DNA of 64,000 nucleotides from Felis catus (GCF_018350175.1 NC_058368.1:162814001-162878000), one strand, 5' to 3'. Shown: positions 13,646 to 25,853, counted from the first letter of the stretch. The notes: generated by a model from the sequence alone, not told the origin. Program-made: numbers and translations.

Positions 13646-13991
13646 CTTGCGTGAGGGCCAAGAGGCAATAGAAAAGCAGAAAGCCCTGGGGTGTGTTGCA
13701 GGGCTGGAGGCACTGAGGTTGCAAGTTCCCACACCCGCAGGGTCCCTCCTCAAACTCGGGCGGCGACTCTGGCCTGGACAGCTCTTGGGAAGCAGAGGGA
13801 GCCGCTGAAGGCTGGGGTGCCTCCGGTGACGTCTGGGGCTCCGGGGGCTCCTGTGGCTTCGAATTCGGTCCCTGGGATTTGATGGCCAAGTCAGAGACTT
13901 CGACGTGAGAGGGCGATGCAAACAAACGGTGCGGGGTGTCCGGGCTGGAGGCGACGAAAGCCGGGTTCTCGATGCCTTTGCTGCCCTTCAT
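13646..13991 (-). CDS. SLCO4C1: SLCO4C1 coding exon 1 (ATG to donor, 346 nt)
   Basis: accATGa start; MKGSKGIENPAFVASSPD...EFEEGPCGCGNLQPQCLQPCNTPQGFLLFYCLLALTQ(G) matches recalled OATP4C1 N-terminus; donor CAAG|gtaaag at 13646/13645. Confidence 0.95.
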
Positions 13992-14129
13992 GGTCAGGAT
14001 GGGTTCTCCCAACTCCAGCGCGTCGGAGCGGCACAAAAACCCGGTTCCCCTTTGGAACCTCCCCTGCGCAGGTGGCAGCGCCCCCGTGCGGAAGACTTCC
14101 CGCCTCCGTGCAGGAGCTCTCTCGGCGCT

Positions 14130-14152
14130 GCCGCCGCGCCGCCGCCGCCGCC
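14130..14152. repeat. Interrupted (GCC)n repeat, (CGG)n on the gene strand
   Basis: gccgccgcgccgccgccgccgcc; pure (GCC)5 at 14138-14152. Confidence 0.85.
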
Positions 14153-14275
14153 GGGACCTACCTCCAGGAGCTCGCAGTCGCCTAGAGCAAAGGGCGCGGG
14201 CGCCTGGCGGGCAGCTGTGTGATTCGCACCAGGCCGCGCCTCACCTGTTGCAGCCCGGGCCAACCGGAATGCGAG

Positions 14276-14286
14276 GCGTGTGCGTG
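14276..14286 (-). promoter_or_regulatory. Tandem XRE/AhR core motif (CACGC-A-CACGC)
   Basis: Minus strand reads cgCACGCaCACGCct about 290 nt upstream of the ATG; a tandem CACGC XRE is recalled from the human SLCO4C1 promoter. Confidence 0.7.
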
Positions 14287-14696
14287 CGGCCAGGACGCCG
14301 CCAGGTGACCCGGCGAGGCCCTTCAGCCGGCCTGGCTGCTTCCTAGAGCCCGGGGACAGGGAACTAACCAGAGCTTGTGAGAGTCTGGTGGCCGTAAAGC
14401 TCCCCCTGGGTGCTGACAGGAAAGCTGTAAACAGTTGCGTCAGGAGATCGTTCCAGAAAATATCCTGCATCTTATTTCCTTTACTAGGTTCGACTTCCAA
14501 GAATCAAGCAGCCATAAGTACAAGATTTTGGATTTTGAGCATCTTGGTGACACTTTTACCTCTCATCTGCCCTAGAAACAGAAATCCCCACCAGCCACCT
14601 CCCCATTAAGACCTGACCGCCATAAACGTCACAACATAACCACCTTTTTGGTTTGACTTCCCCCAAACTGAAGATAACAGAAATTAGGAAACTTTA

Positions 14697-14919
14697 TTTT
14701 TTTTTTAATTTTTTTTCAACGTTTATTTATTTTTGGGACAGAGAGAGACAGAGCATGAACAGGGGAGGGGCAGAGAGAGAGGGAGACACAGAATCGGAAA
14801 CAGGCTCCAGGCTCTGAGCCATCAGCCCAGAGCCTGACGCGGGGCTCGAACTCACGGACCACGAGATCGTGACCTGGCTGAAGTGGGACGCTTAACCGAC
14901 TGCGCCACCCAGGCGCCCC
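14697..14919 (-). mobile_element. Young SINEC_Fc-type SINE
   Basis: Reverse-complement SINE ending caggcgcccc; TSD ggaaacttta at 14687-14696 and 14922-14931. Confidence 0.96.
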
Positions 14920-15104
14920 ATGGAAACTTTAAAAGCCTATATATGATATTCTTTCTGCTGTATATTTCATATCTAAAATCAACAATTATGATATTCATGT
15001 AATAATTTCTACCTGGGGAATAAATTAAAAACACACACACTTTGAAAAATCGAACACCATTATGCAATAGTAGTTAAAGTTCATTCTTGTATTTATTCAT
15101 CAAG

Positions 15105-15390
15105 AAACGATGGTAAGGGAAGGTCTCAGTGAATTTGAGCAAAGACCTGAAGAAGATAAGGGAGGGAGTCCCTTATGTTGGTAGAATTGAGTGGCTGGGG
15201 TGAGTGACATGGTTGAAGAACAGTAGGAGTTGGGGGCAGGTAAAGGGGTGCAGATGAGGTGGGGGAGAAGTGAATGGGGCCAAATTTGGAGGCCATTATA
15301 AGGACTTTGGCTTTCACTGTGAGTAAAATAGGAAAGGTTGGAACCAAGGAGTGACATGATCATGTCATGATTGGGTTTTCAAAGGATCCA
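15105..15390 (-). mobile_element. LINE2 fragment
   Basis: tttgagcaaagacctgaag ... ggccattataaggactttggctttcactgtgag. Confidence 0.7.
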
Positions 15391-15782
15391 TTCTCTCTCC
15401 CCTTCTGAAGATACACTAATGCATCCTAAAAATATTTTAAACAAAGACATTTTTAAAACTATATCAAGATCTCAACATGTTTATCTTTCCCTAAATTAAA
15501 TGTTTATTGCAATAAGGAACATAATATAAATCACACACACATATTTGTTTTTTGCTTTATATCAGGGCTACGTACACAGAACTGTTAAGTTTCATAAGAA
15601 TACAGAGTATTAAGAAACCCACTTCCTCAAATCTATTGATGATAAAAAAAAAACTTCAAAACAATGTGTCTAGACTACCTTTAGTAAAGTTACCAGAGTT
15701 CTCAGATGTTACTAGATACTATACTTGCTATATTATCTTGTTTGCAACACACTAAGGGCCCTTTCATTCAAAGATTACTTCA

Positions 15783-15928
15783 GGGGGTGCCTGGCTGGCT
15801 TAGTCGGTAGAGTATGCTACACCTAATCTCAGGGTGGTAAATTCAGGCCGCACGTTGCGCACTGAGCCTACTTTAAAAATTAATTAATTAACTTTTTAAA
15901 AATTCCTTAATTATGAAAATCTTTTAAA
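15783..15928 (+). mobile_element. Short tRNA-like SINEC (no CT linker)
   Basis: ggggtgcctggctggcttagtcggtagag head; TSD aaagattacttca at 15770-15782 and 15929-15941. Confidence 0.85.
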
Positions 15929-16161
15929 AAAGATTACTTCACTAAAATTAATCAAGCTCTGTCAACTTTTAGAGAGATTTTCAAGTTTTGCTTTCTTAAT
16001 TTAACACTAAGCTAATTGCCTGTCCAAGAAAATACTTCTAGATTCAGTACTAATACCTCCTGAATAGCAATGATAGGTCGTATCCAAGCATAGCCTTAGT
16101 TCCAGAGAAGAGAATGCAGTGATGGAAAGGTTACCTCTCATCCTAAAACAAGATGTGTTTA

Positions 16162-16556
16162 GGGGTGCCTAGGTGACTCGGTTAAGTATCAAACTCTTGA
16201 TTTCAGCTCAGGTCAATGAGCCTGGCAAAAGGGTCCACACTGGGCTTGGAGCCTGCTTAAGATTCTCTCTCTCTCAGGGTGCCTGGGTGGCTCAGTCGGT
16301 TAAGTGTCGACCTCACCTCAGGTCATAATCTCACCACTCGTGAGTTCCAGCCCCGCGACTGCCTCTGTGCTCACAGCTCAGAGCCTGGAGCCTGTTTCCA
16401 GTTTGGTGTCTCCCTCCCTCTGCCCCTCCCGCACTCACGCTCTGTCTCTTTCTCTCAAAAAAAAGTTAAAAATTTTTTTAAAAAAAATAAAAGATTCTGT
16501 CCCTCCTTTGCTTATAGGCTCTCTCTCTCTCTCAAAAAAAAAAAAAAAAAAAAAAA
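16162..16556 (+). mobile_element. SINEC with a second SINEC (about 16277-16490) nested inside
   Basis: Outer TSD aagatgtgttt / aagacgtgttt; inner copy flanked by aagattctctctctc / aagattctgtccctc. Confidence 0.85.
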
Positions 16557-16600
16557 AGACGTGTTTCTTTCTTCTAACTATAGTCACTAAGCTTATTTAA

Positions 16601-17029
16601 CTTTTTTTTTGTTTTTGAGAGAGACAGAGAAACAGAGAGAATTTTATTTATTTATTTTAATTTTATTTAAATTCAAGTTAGTTAACATATAGTGTGATCA
16701 TGGTTTCAGGAGTAGAATTTAGTGATTCATCATTTACATGTGACACCCAGTGCTTATCCCAACAAATACCCTCTTTAATGCCCATCCCCCCACACAATAC
16801 CCCTTCAGCAACCCTAAGTTTGTTCTCTGTGTTTAGGAGTCCCTTCTGGTTTGCCTCTGTCTCTGTTTTTATCTTATTGTTGCCTTCCCTTCACCTATGA
16901 GAGAAGGAGAGAATCTTAAGCAGGCTCCACATTCAGCGTGGAACATGATGTGGCAGCTTGACACCCACAACCCTGGGATCATGACCTGAGCAAAAATCAA
17001 GAGCGGGACATGAGCCACCCAGGTGCCCC
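16601..17029 (-). mobile_element. SINEC interrupted by a carnivore L1 3'-end fragment (about 16642-16898)
   Basis: TSD ctaagcttatttaa / ctaagctcatttaa; insert has L1 3' terminus motif tttcaggagtagaatttagtgattcatca. Confidence 0.8.
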
Positions 17030-17088
17030 GCTAAGCTCATTTAAAATGGTCTACAGGAATGTTTTTCAAATACTACTAGTTCTTCTTC

Positions 17089-17310
17089 TTTTTTTTTTTT
17101 TTTTTTAATGCTTATTCATTTTTTGAGAAAGAGAGACAGAGCACAAGACCGGGAGGGGCAGAGAGAGAGGAAGACACAGAATCTGAGGCAACCCCGGGCT
17201 CCAAACTGTCAGCGCAGAGCCGGACGAAGGGCTCCAACTCACAAACCATGAGATCATGAACTGAGCCCAAGTCTGCCGCTTAACCGACTGAGCCACCCAG
17301 GCGCCCCCCC
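17089..17310 (-). mobile_element. SINEC
   Basis: Poly-T, (GA)n linker, ends gagccacccaggcgcccc. Confidence 0.93.
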
Positions 17311-17521
17311 TAAACACTATTTCTTAATGAGATGAACTAGACACATGATAGGTACTAATTTGTGAAAATTTTTGTTTCAATTATATATGCTTTATTTACT
17401 GAGATGAGGGATTGAGATTGAAAGTACATGTATCTTACTGGAAACAGACATATATCCTGTTGCTTGTTCCCTGACAGTCTAGACTGGCTGAGAACATAGG
17501 GAATAAGTAGAAGTAGGAACT

Positions 17522-17601
17522 ATTTTTTTGTTGTTATTTTATTTGAGAGAGAGAGAGAGTGAGCACACCAGCATGCACATGTGAGCTAGGGAGAGGGGCA
17601 A

Positions 17602-17644
<43 letters not shown>

Positions 17645-17781
17645 GAGAGAGAGAGAATCTTACACTGGCTCTAAATTCAGTGAGGAGTCTGACTCAGGGC
17701 TCAATCCAAAGATCCTAGGATGATGACCTGAGCTAAAACCAAGAGTCAGATATTCAACCGATTGAGCCACCCAGGCCTCCC
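17522..17781 (-). mobile_element. SINEC with expanded (GA)n tract
   Basis: (GA)n at about 17605-17656; ends gagccacccaggcctccc. Confidence 0.9.
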
Positions 17782-19704
17782 AGAACTATCATTTTTTAAA
17801 TATCTGGTAAATATTATTTCATTATTAATGTTTACTAGAGCAGTAGCTATTATTATCTACATTTTACATATTTAAGTATCTATATTCCAGGAAATTAGTA
17901 ATTCTCCTAAAGTCATATAGCTAATAAATGGCCTGCCACTTACTTAGGACTTGAACTCAAAGTTCTCAGCCAGATATCCTCCCTGGTCTTTGCATTTTCT
18001 CCCTTTGAATTTCAACAGCCTATCACTGTCAGTTAGAATGTTTGCTAGCAATTCTAAGAGATCAACAGTCATGTAATCTGATGTTGATAAGGCTTAGAAG
18101 ACTAATTCTGCTCTGAACTGCAGATATTCAGATTTTGTAGATATCCAAGTCAGGCTTGATATGGAATCCCCCTAGCCCTTCTAATGTAAAAAGTTTTCAC
18201 AGAAATGGACTTAAAATGATGTCTAAAGGTGTAAATGTACATATGATCACCATTTCATCTATGAAATATGAAATAATTTAAACAACCAGCAAATTTTGCT
18301 TTGATGAGATGATTAAACGGTCATGGCTTAACTCTTGCAGCTTTGAATTAACAAATTCAAATTACACCATCAAAATCAAAGTAGCATACTCATTGTGCAC
18401 TTAAAACCATACTGTGTAAGGAGAGATCTCCACTCTTGCAGTGCTGGAGAGTAGAACTTTTTTTAAAGATTAGCGAAAGTGCTGTTGCTTCATCTTAAAT
18501 ACATCTTGCTCTTACTGAAAGTGTTATCAACACCACTTTCCTGTTCCCTTACATCCTTTGTGCTGCAATGATGGAAGGAAGGGGTTCAGGCTTGCAACAA
18601 AGACAACAAAACAAAGCAAAGCAAAAAAAAAATTTGATAAATTTTGTCTCTTGTAATTCTGTGGAAAGTTACCACTTTTTAATTCTTTTGTCAATCTAGG
18701 GTAAATCTAGTGAGCATAGTCAAAATACACCATGTTAAATTTCAGAAGGTGATGAATAAATTGCTATTCTTTTAATGGATCTCATTTGCTGTATTTTTAA
18801 AGGGTAGAGAGTAGGATAAAGAACAGTATCCAAATTTTATAGTAAAACTCCAACAATGGGCACAGGAGCAGGTGTCCCTGCCTATGGATCATTCTCTGGA
18901 ATGTGCAGTAGGTTTTTCCTTCAGGAATTAGATGAACCAAGATGAAGTGGCTTAATGACAGAAGCAATCATGATTATCTCACTAACTCCCCTTGCTCTGA
19001 TTCCATACTTAAAAGAAATCTAATCATTATATTTTGGCCTTCCATGGAGATATACCTATAGGATGGAAATATACTTAAATACCTATTTTAAGTATTTTAT
19101 CATTTTTTTCTTTATGTGTGCTTTTAATAATTTATTAGTTCCCTTCCACTTGCAGACTAGATGTAAATCCTTTAATAGTGTGACACTATGTGGCTCACAG
19201 AATATTAAAATTCCAGGGTCTTGAGAAAGCCTGAATACAAACATGGTAAAGTGCAGATATTGTTGAAGTAATTAAAAATCCAAGTATTAAAGACTTATTA
19301 ATAACACTGGATCTTATATTTATTAAATAAAGCAATAGCACAATCTAAGTGATTTTCTTAGTATTCTTCACTCATCTTTTCTTTTTTAAATGCTCTACAA
19401 GATGTATAATTAAAAATAACAAATTATATCTAAGAAAAATTTAATGCTGAACTAGATTATTTTTAATACTATTTTATTACAGTTGCACAGAAAAATATAT
19501 TTATGTTTAGAAGAAATTGCAGTTATATTTTCTTTAGTAATGCTAATAAATAATTAAGAAAGACATATATCCATGAACATAGATGATTATAATTTTTTTA
19601 AAAATGTGAACAGTTAATACTATAATCCCATGAGAAAGCTAACCCAGTAGGCAGTGAAAACGTACTACTAGTGTAAAATTTACAATGTCAAGTTAAGCTT
19701 TTCA

Positions 19705-19740
19705 ATAAACAATTATTATTATAAACAATTATTATTATAA
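19705..19740. repeat. 16-bp tandem duplication
   Basis: ataaacaattattatt twice, plus ataa. Confidence 0.85.
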
Positions 19741-20585
19741 TTTACTCAAAATACTGTTTACTCCTACTACAATATTTATGATACAAATTTCACAGAGATA
19801 ATATAGTTGGATTTGTATATATCAAGAAATGCTTTAAGCTAAAAGAAATTATCCTACAGTAAATGAATGATTAGGATAACATTCTAAAACATATTTATTT
19901 TCTACTCAAGATCTGATTTTGATGCCAAGAAACAGTCTTTAATGTTATGATTTTATAGAATATATATAATCACAATGTCATCATCATGGCAAAATGCCAG
20001 CTTTACTGAGTGGAAAACAGCCATGCTGCCACTCTTGATGGTCGTGTCATTTCCACAATTTAACCGCTACTGTTTCTTAACAAAGGAAAGTAGATGATGA
20101 AGGTTATTAAAATTTAGGTTTATAGAACTATAACCTAAACCTTCAACGCAATCAGTATCAGGAAATAGGCCAGTACAAGGTAGATTGATAGCCAGCACAA
20201 TATGAGGAATTATTACATATTCTTTAATAGTAATCTTGTTACAATGTATTAAGAGTTGGTAGAAGTCTAGTGTGAGGTTGAGGGAGCTAGCAGGCTGTAA
20301 TTAATTAGTAAAATAATTTAATTGTAAATACAAATAAGAGAGTTCATGAACAGAGTTCAAATCATTGGACATAAATAAAATAAAAACCTTTATAAAATCT
20401 TACATTTCTACTTTACAACTTGTGAAAATCTCAGAGCATGTTCCTAAAAGACAAGAATGAAGATGTTATACCCTACAAAGGAGCTTTGAAAACCAAGGAT
20501 TACGTAAGTGTGCATAAGAGAAAATTCACAGAATCAAAGTATCTTCTTTGTTTGAAGAGAAGATAGAAAGATCTCCACACTTCAT

Positions 20586-20793
20586 GGGGTGCCTGGGTGG
20601 CTCAGTTGGTTGAGCCTCCTACTTCAGCTCAGGTCATGATCTCACTGAGTTTGAGCCCGGCATCGAGCTCTGTGCTGACAGCTCAGAGCCTGGAACCTGC
20701 TTCAGATTCTGTGTCTCCCTCTCTCTGTGCCCCTCCCCCACTTGTATTCTGTCTCTGTCTCTCTCTCAAAAATAAACATTAAAGAAAAAAAAA
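20586..20793 (+). mobile_element. SINEC with 18-bp TSD
   Basis: TSD aaagatctccacacttca at 20567-20584 and 20794-20811. Confidence 0.95.
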
Positions 20794-21521
20794 AAAGATC
20801 TCCACACTTCAGCTTATCAGAGAAGATGAAAATTTGATGGGCTAGGAAAATAAAAGAATACCAAAAAGCTAAAAGAAGTAAAACTTCTGAGGCTGTGGTG
20901 AAACAAAGGCAAACTTTTTAAAAATGGGCATTAAAAGTACAGCCAGTTGAAAGGACTCCCACTTTCAGACGAGATGAAATAATAGAGGTCAGATTTAACT
21001 TCTACTTGAAACACTCAAAAGAAAAAAAAAACATATGAAAGAAAAAAAAGGTTTTCAAGACACCAGATTTCAGGTAATTAAAAAAGTGGTCTCTAAGAGA
21101 TGGGAAGCAAACCAAGTGAGCAGTTTACTGCCTTGAGAGTTTTTAAGTGTGGGAAGGGTGGGGCAGGATGTGAAATCCACAGAAAATCCAGCTGACTCTG
21201 AGTTGGAGACAAAATAAAGGTCCAAGGACACCAACTGGCTGGAATGTATAGGGAAGAATACTGGAGAGGAGAAAGCTGCACAGATTTAATGTGCAGAGGG
21301 TTCCCCCAAGTATTCAGCAGAGTACAGATAGCACATTCATATGAAGAAACCATCCTAGTCCAGGGAAAGAATCATATGAAGGTATTAGAGAGACAGTGCC
21401 AATATTTAGAAAAGAAGGTAAAATAAAGAAGATTTTAGACATTAAAAATAAAAAAAGGAAAAGAAAACTGAAATAATTTAATACCCAGAACACCTATTCA
21501 AATGTTAAAAGAAATCCTTCA

Positions 21522-21720
21522 GGGGTGCCTGGGTGGCTTAGTCGGTTAAGCATCCGAGTTCGGCTCAGGTCATGATCTCATAGTTTGTGGGTTTGAGCCC
21601 TATGTCAGGCTCTGTGCTGACAGCTCAGAGCCTGGAGCCTGCTTCAGATTTTGTGTCTTCTTCTCTCTCTGCCTCTCCCCTGCTCACACTATCTCTCTCT
21701 CTTTCAAAAATAAACATTAA
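21522..21720 (+). mobile_element. SINEC whose tail is split by a young L1 insertion
   Basis: Head ggggtgcctgggtggcttagtcgg; degraded TSD aaaagaaatccttca (21507-21521) / aaaagaagtccctta (22573-22587). Confidence 0.9.
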
Positions 21721-22550
21721 TCATCCTGATGGCCAACAGGCACATGAAAAGATGCTCAACGTCGCTCCTTATCAGGGAAATACAAATCAAAACCACACTC
21801 AGATATCACCGCACGCCAGTCAGAGTCGCCAAAATGAACAAATCAGGAGACTATAGATGCTGGAGAGGATATGGAGAAACGGGAACCCTCTTGCACTGTT
21901 GGTGGGAATGCAAACTGGTACAGCCACTCTGGAAAACAGTGTGGAGGTTCCTCAGAAAATTAAAAATAGACCTACCCTATGACCCAGCAATAGTACTGCT
22001 AGGAATTTACCCAAGGGATACAGGAGTACTGATGCATAGGGCCACTTGTACCCCAATGTTTATAGCAGCACTCTCAACAATAGCCAAATTATGGAAAGAG
22101 CCTAAATGTCCATCAACTGATGAACGGATAAAGAAATTGTGGTTTATATACACAATGGACTACTACGTGGCAATGAGAAAGAACGAAATATGTCCCTTTG
22201 TAGCAACGTGGATGAAACTGGAGAGTGTTATGCTAAGTGAAATAAGCCATACAGAGAAAGACAGATACCATATGGTTTCACTCTTATGTGGATCCTGGGA
22301 AACTTAACAGAAACCCATGGGGGAGGGGAAGGAAAAAAAAAAAAAGATTAGAGTGGGAGAGAGCCAAAGCATAAGAGACTCTTAAAAACTGAGAACAACT
22401 GAGGGTTGATGGGGGCTGAGAGGGATGGGAGGGTGGGTGATGTAAATTGAGGAGGGCACCTTTTGGGATGAGCACTGGGTGTTGTATGGAAACCAATTTG
22501 ACAATAAACTTCATATATTGAAAAAAAAACCCAAAAAAAAACAAAAAAAC
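21721..22550 (+). mobile_element. 5'-truncated felid L1 (L1_Fc type), ORF2 C-terminus, 3' UTR and A-tail
   Basis: ORF 21729-22307 is the L1 ORF2 Cys-rich end ([18 protein letters not shown]); TSD aaaaataaacattaa at 21706-21720 and 22551-22565. Confidence 0.95.
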
Positions 22551-22665
22551 AAAAATAAACATTAAAAAAATTAAAAGAAGTCCCTTAAGCAGAAGGAAAA
22601 CGATACCATGTGGAAATAATAATTTATACAAAGGAATAAAGAGCGTCAAAAATGAGGGGATGAAA

Positions 22666-22881
22666 GGGGCGCCTGGGTGGCGCAGTTAAGCGTCCGACTT
22701 CAGCCAGGTCACGATCTCGCGGTCTGTGAGTTCGAGCCCCGCGTCAGGCTCTGGGCTGATGGCTCGGAGCCTGGAAGCCTGTTTCCGATTCTGTGTCTCC
22801 CTCTCTCTCTGCCCCTCCCCCGTTCATGCTCTGTCTCTCTCTGTCCCAAAAATAAATAAACGTTGAAAAAAAAATTTTTTT
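22666..22881 (+). mobile_element. SINEC_Fc-type SINE
   Basis: TSD aaatgaggggatg at 22650-22662 and 22882-22894. Confidence 0.95.
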
Positions 22882-24239
22882 AAATGAGGGGATGTAGGTT
22901 AAGGCTGATGGAGAAATATATATGATTTTTAAGTTATTTCTATATCTTAAAAAGATAATTCACTGCTTAAACAAAAATTTAAAAGTATTGTGGTACTCTT
23001 AAGTTACACTTAAGTTTACACTTAAGGTAAAATGTATGAAAATAATGCAAAGGCCATGTAAAGAGAAATGGAAGTATATTATTGTAAATATTTTATATGT
23101 GAAAAAATACACGTCTTATATGTGAAGTGATATCATGTCAAAGGTATAATACTCTAATGACTTATAAGTACTAAAGCAACCAAGAGCCAAGAAAGGAAAA
23201 AGTGGAACCCTAAAAAACATTCCATTAATCCAAAGAAGGCAGACAAGAGGGACCAAAGGGAAAAAAAAATGGATAAGACAAAAAGAAAACATGTAATGAG
23301 GTGATAATTTAGACTAAACTATATTAATAATTACATTAAATGGAAATAGGGTAAACATTCTAATTAAAAGGAAAAGATGGTTAGATCTGATATAAAAAGC
23401 AAGAACCAATTAAATACTGCCTACAAAAAATACACTTCAAATATCAATGCTAATAGGCTTTACATTGAAAATGACACTAATCAAAAGAAATCTGGAATGA
23501 CTACATTAATAACAGTCCAAGTAGACTTCAGAGCAAAGAATATTATCTGAGATAAAGAAGGTTATCTCCTAATGATAAAGGGGTAAATTCACAGAGAGGA
23601 CTTAAGAATCCTAAAAATCATGCACTTAAAAACAATGTCAAAATTGACAAAACTAATAGAACTGAAAAGAAAAATATTTTTGCAAAGCAACAATTATACC
23701 AGAGATACATATAATTGATAGGATAGTAATAATTGATAGGATAGAAAACCAAAAGCATATGGTGGACTCAAAAAACATTATCAACAAATTGGACCTGACA
23801 CTTATCAAAACTTTCCACCACCAACAAAAGACTACACATCTTTCAAGGTACACATGGGACACTTGGAACAATTACCAAGATAGACCAGATTCCGAGCAAT
23901 GGAAAAAGTCTCAGTAATTTTAAAAGAATTCAAGCCATACAAAATAGGTTCTTTGATCACAAGGGAATAAATTAGAAATCAGTAACAAAGATATCTGGAC
24001 AATCTCCAAATATGTAAAAAAAAAAAAACAACACCTCTTAAATAACCCACGGATCAAAAACAAAATCAAAAGGAAAAATAGAAATTATTACAAACTGCGT
24101 GAAAATAAAAACAAAACATCAGAATTTGTAGGATACTACTAAAAAGCAGTACTTAAGGGAAAACTTACAATATGCCTAGAAATGAAGAAAGTTTTCAAAC
24201 CAGTGACTAATTTCTATCTTAAGAAATTAAAGAATGAAA

Positions 24240-24424
24240 GGGGTGCTTGGGTGGTTCAGTCGATTAAGCATACAACTCTTGATTTTGGCTGAGCTCATGA
24301 TCTCCTGGTTTGTTGGTTCAAGCCCTGCATGGAGCACTGTGCTGGCAGTGTGGAGCCTGCTTGGGAATCTCTTATCCTCTCTCTCTGCCCCTCCCCTGCT
24401 CGTGCTATCAATCAATCTATCAAT
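24240..24424 (+). mobile_element. Older SINEC
   Basis: ggggtgcttgggtggttcagtcgattaag head. Confidence 0.88.
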
Positions 24425-24726
24425 AGAAATCAAAAAGTGAAGAATAAATTAAATCCAAAGCAAATAGAATAAAGAAAATAATAAAGATCAGAGAGTAAGT
24501 TAATAAAATAGAACCAGAAAACAATAGAGAAAAAAATGAAACTAAAACAGAGTTCTTTGATAAGTATATTTCATAGACCTCTAGTGAGACCAGAAGAAAA
24601 AGAGATGAAACACAAATTGTTAACATCTGAAACGTGAAAGGTGGTATCACCACAGATTCTGCAGACATTAAAAAGATACAGTGATAAATAAAATATATAT
24701 AAATAAAATATATTTTAAAATAACCT

Positions 24727-24952
24727 GGGGCACCTGGGTGGCTCAGTCTATTAAGCATCTGACTTCGGCTCAAGTCATGATCTCACAGTTGGTGGGTTCG
24801 AGCCCGCATTGGGGCTCTGTGCTGACAGCTCAGAGCCTAGAATCTGCCTCAGAGTCTGTGTCTGCCTCTCTCTCTGCCCCTCCTGCACTCACTGTCTCTA
24901 TCACTGTCACTATCTCTCTGTCTCTCAAAAATGAATAAACATTAAAAAAAAT
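24727..24952 (+). mobile_element. SINEC
   Basis: ggggcacctgggtggctcagtc head, CT linker, A tail. Confidence 0.92.
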
Positions 24953-25539
24953 TTTTAATAACTTTATGCTGATAAATTTGGCAATATGGATAAATTGGAC
25001 AAAATCCCTCTAAAACAAATTACAAAAGATCTTTCAAGAGGTAATAGGTAACCTAAACAACCTATGTCTATTAAAGAAATTGAATTTGCAGTTAAAAATG
25101 TTTCCACAACCTCAGGCCCAATGACTTCAGTACTGAATTCTACTGAGCATTTAAGGGAGAACTAATACCAATTCTACACAAATTCTTTCAGAAAATTAAG
25201 GATAAGGGAACACAATCCAACTCATTCTGGATGACAGCATTACTCATCATTTATCTGATTTTCACCATAGCATCTATCAAAAATTATCTTGTATTCTTGT
25301 GGATAAGACAAATAAGTGTTGGGCAAATGACAGTACTGTTAGTACAATTAGTACAGTTGAAGTTGACTGATCCTTTTTGATTAAATGACTATGACAAAAC
25401 AGCGACTAAATAACAAATTAATGTCATCATAGAGTGTTTCAATAAAGCTGAGAACATTTGGTAGGATAGGCTATCAAAAATCCCCTGAGCCTAACGCAAT
25501 GTGTAACAGTTTCTCTCTGGCTCATGGAAGGTTCCATGT

Positions 25540-25853
25540 GGATTTTCCTCTTGCGGAAGATTTCCTGGGAAGTTTTCCTTCAAACAGTGAACTCAGGGAT
25601 CCAGGTTCCTCCCACTTCCTAGTTGTCTCAGAGTTCTTTGCTTGCAGCAAGTCAAATGGGGAGAGACTGCAGATGTTTGTACTGCAGGTTTCTGGCCAAC
25701 ACTGAAATGGATTATATGGCACTTCTGCCTGCACCGCACTGACCAGAACTCAGTCTATGCTCTACCTATATGCTAAAGGGCTCAGTATGTGGTTGTGCTG
25801 TATTCCCAGGAGGAAAATGAAACAGTTTGGTGAATATATAGCATTGTGTCTGC
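25540..25853 (-). mobile_element. MLT1-type (ERVL-MaLR) LTR fragment
   Basis: actcagggatccaggttcctccc ... ccagaactcagtc ... cccaggaggaaaatgaaacagtttggtgaata. Confidence 0.6.

Larger units (their letters stand above)
13480..14360. promoter_or_regulatory. SLCO4C1: CpG island / SLCO4C1 promoter and exon 1
   Basis: Sharp GC- and CpG-rich block in an otherwise AT-rich, CpG-poor window, spanning the start codon. Confidence 0.93.
20950..25245 (+). mobile_element. Old L1M element (5' region, ORF1 end, ORF2 endonuclease/RT start), heavily interrupted
   Basis: Degenerate motifs attacattaaatggaaatagggtaaac, gtagacttcagagcaaagaatatt, ctcaggcccaatgacttcagtactgaattctac; hosts four SINEs and one young L1 fragment. 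Confidence 0.75.

Noticed and set aside
13397..14609. Many overlapping ORFs on both strands around exon 1
   Set aside because: GC-rich CpG island has few stop codons; only 13646-13991 has OATP similarity and splice support. The track's start at 14036 is not an ATG.
15783..15880. Possible tRNA gene (also 45396-45480)
   Set aside because: Degenerate tRNA-like heads with A-rich tails and TSDs indicate SINEs
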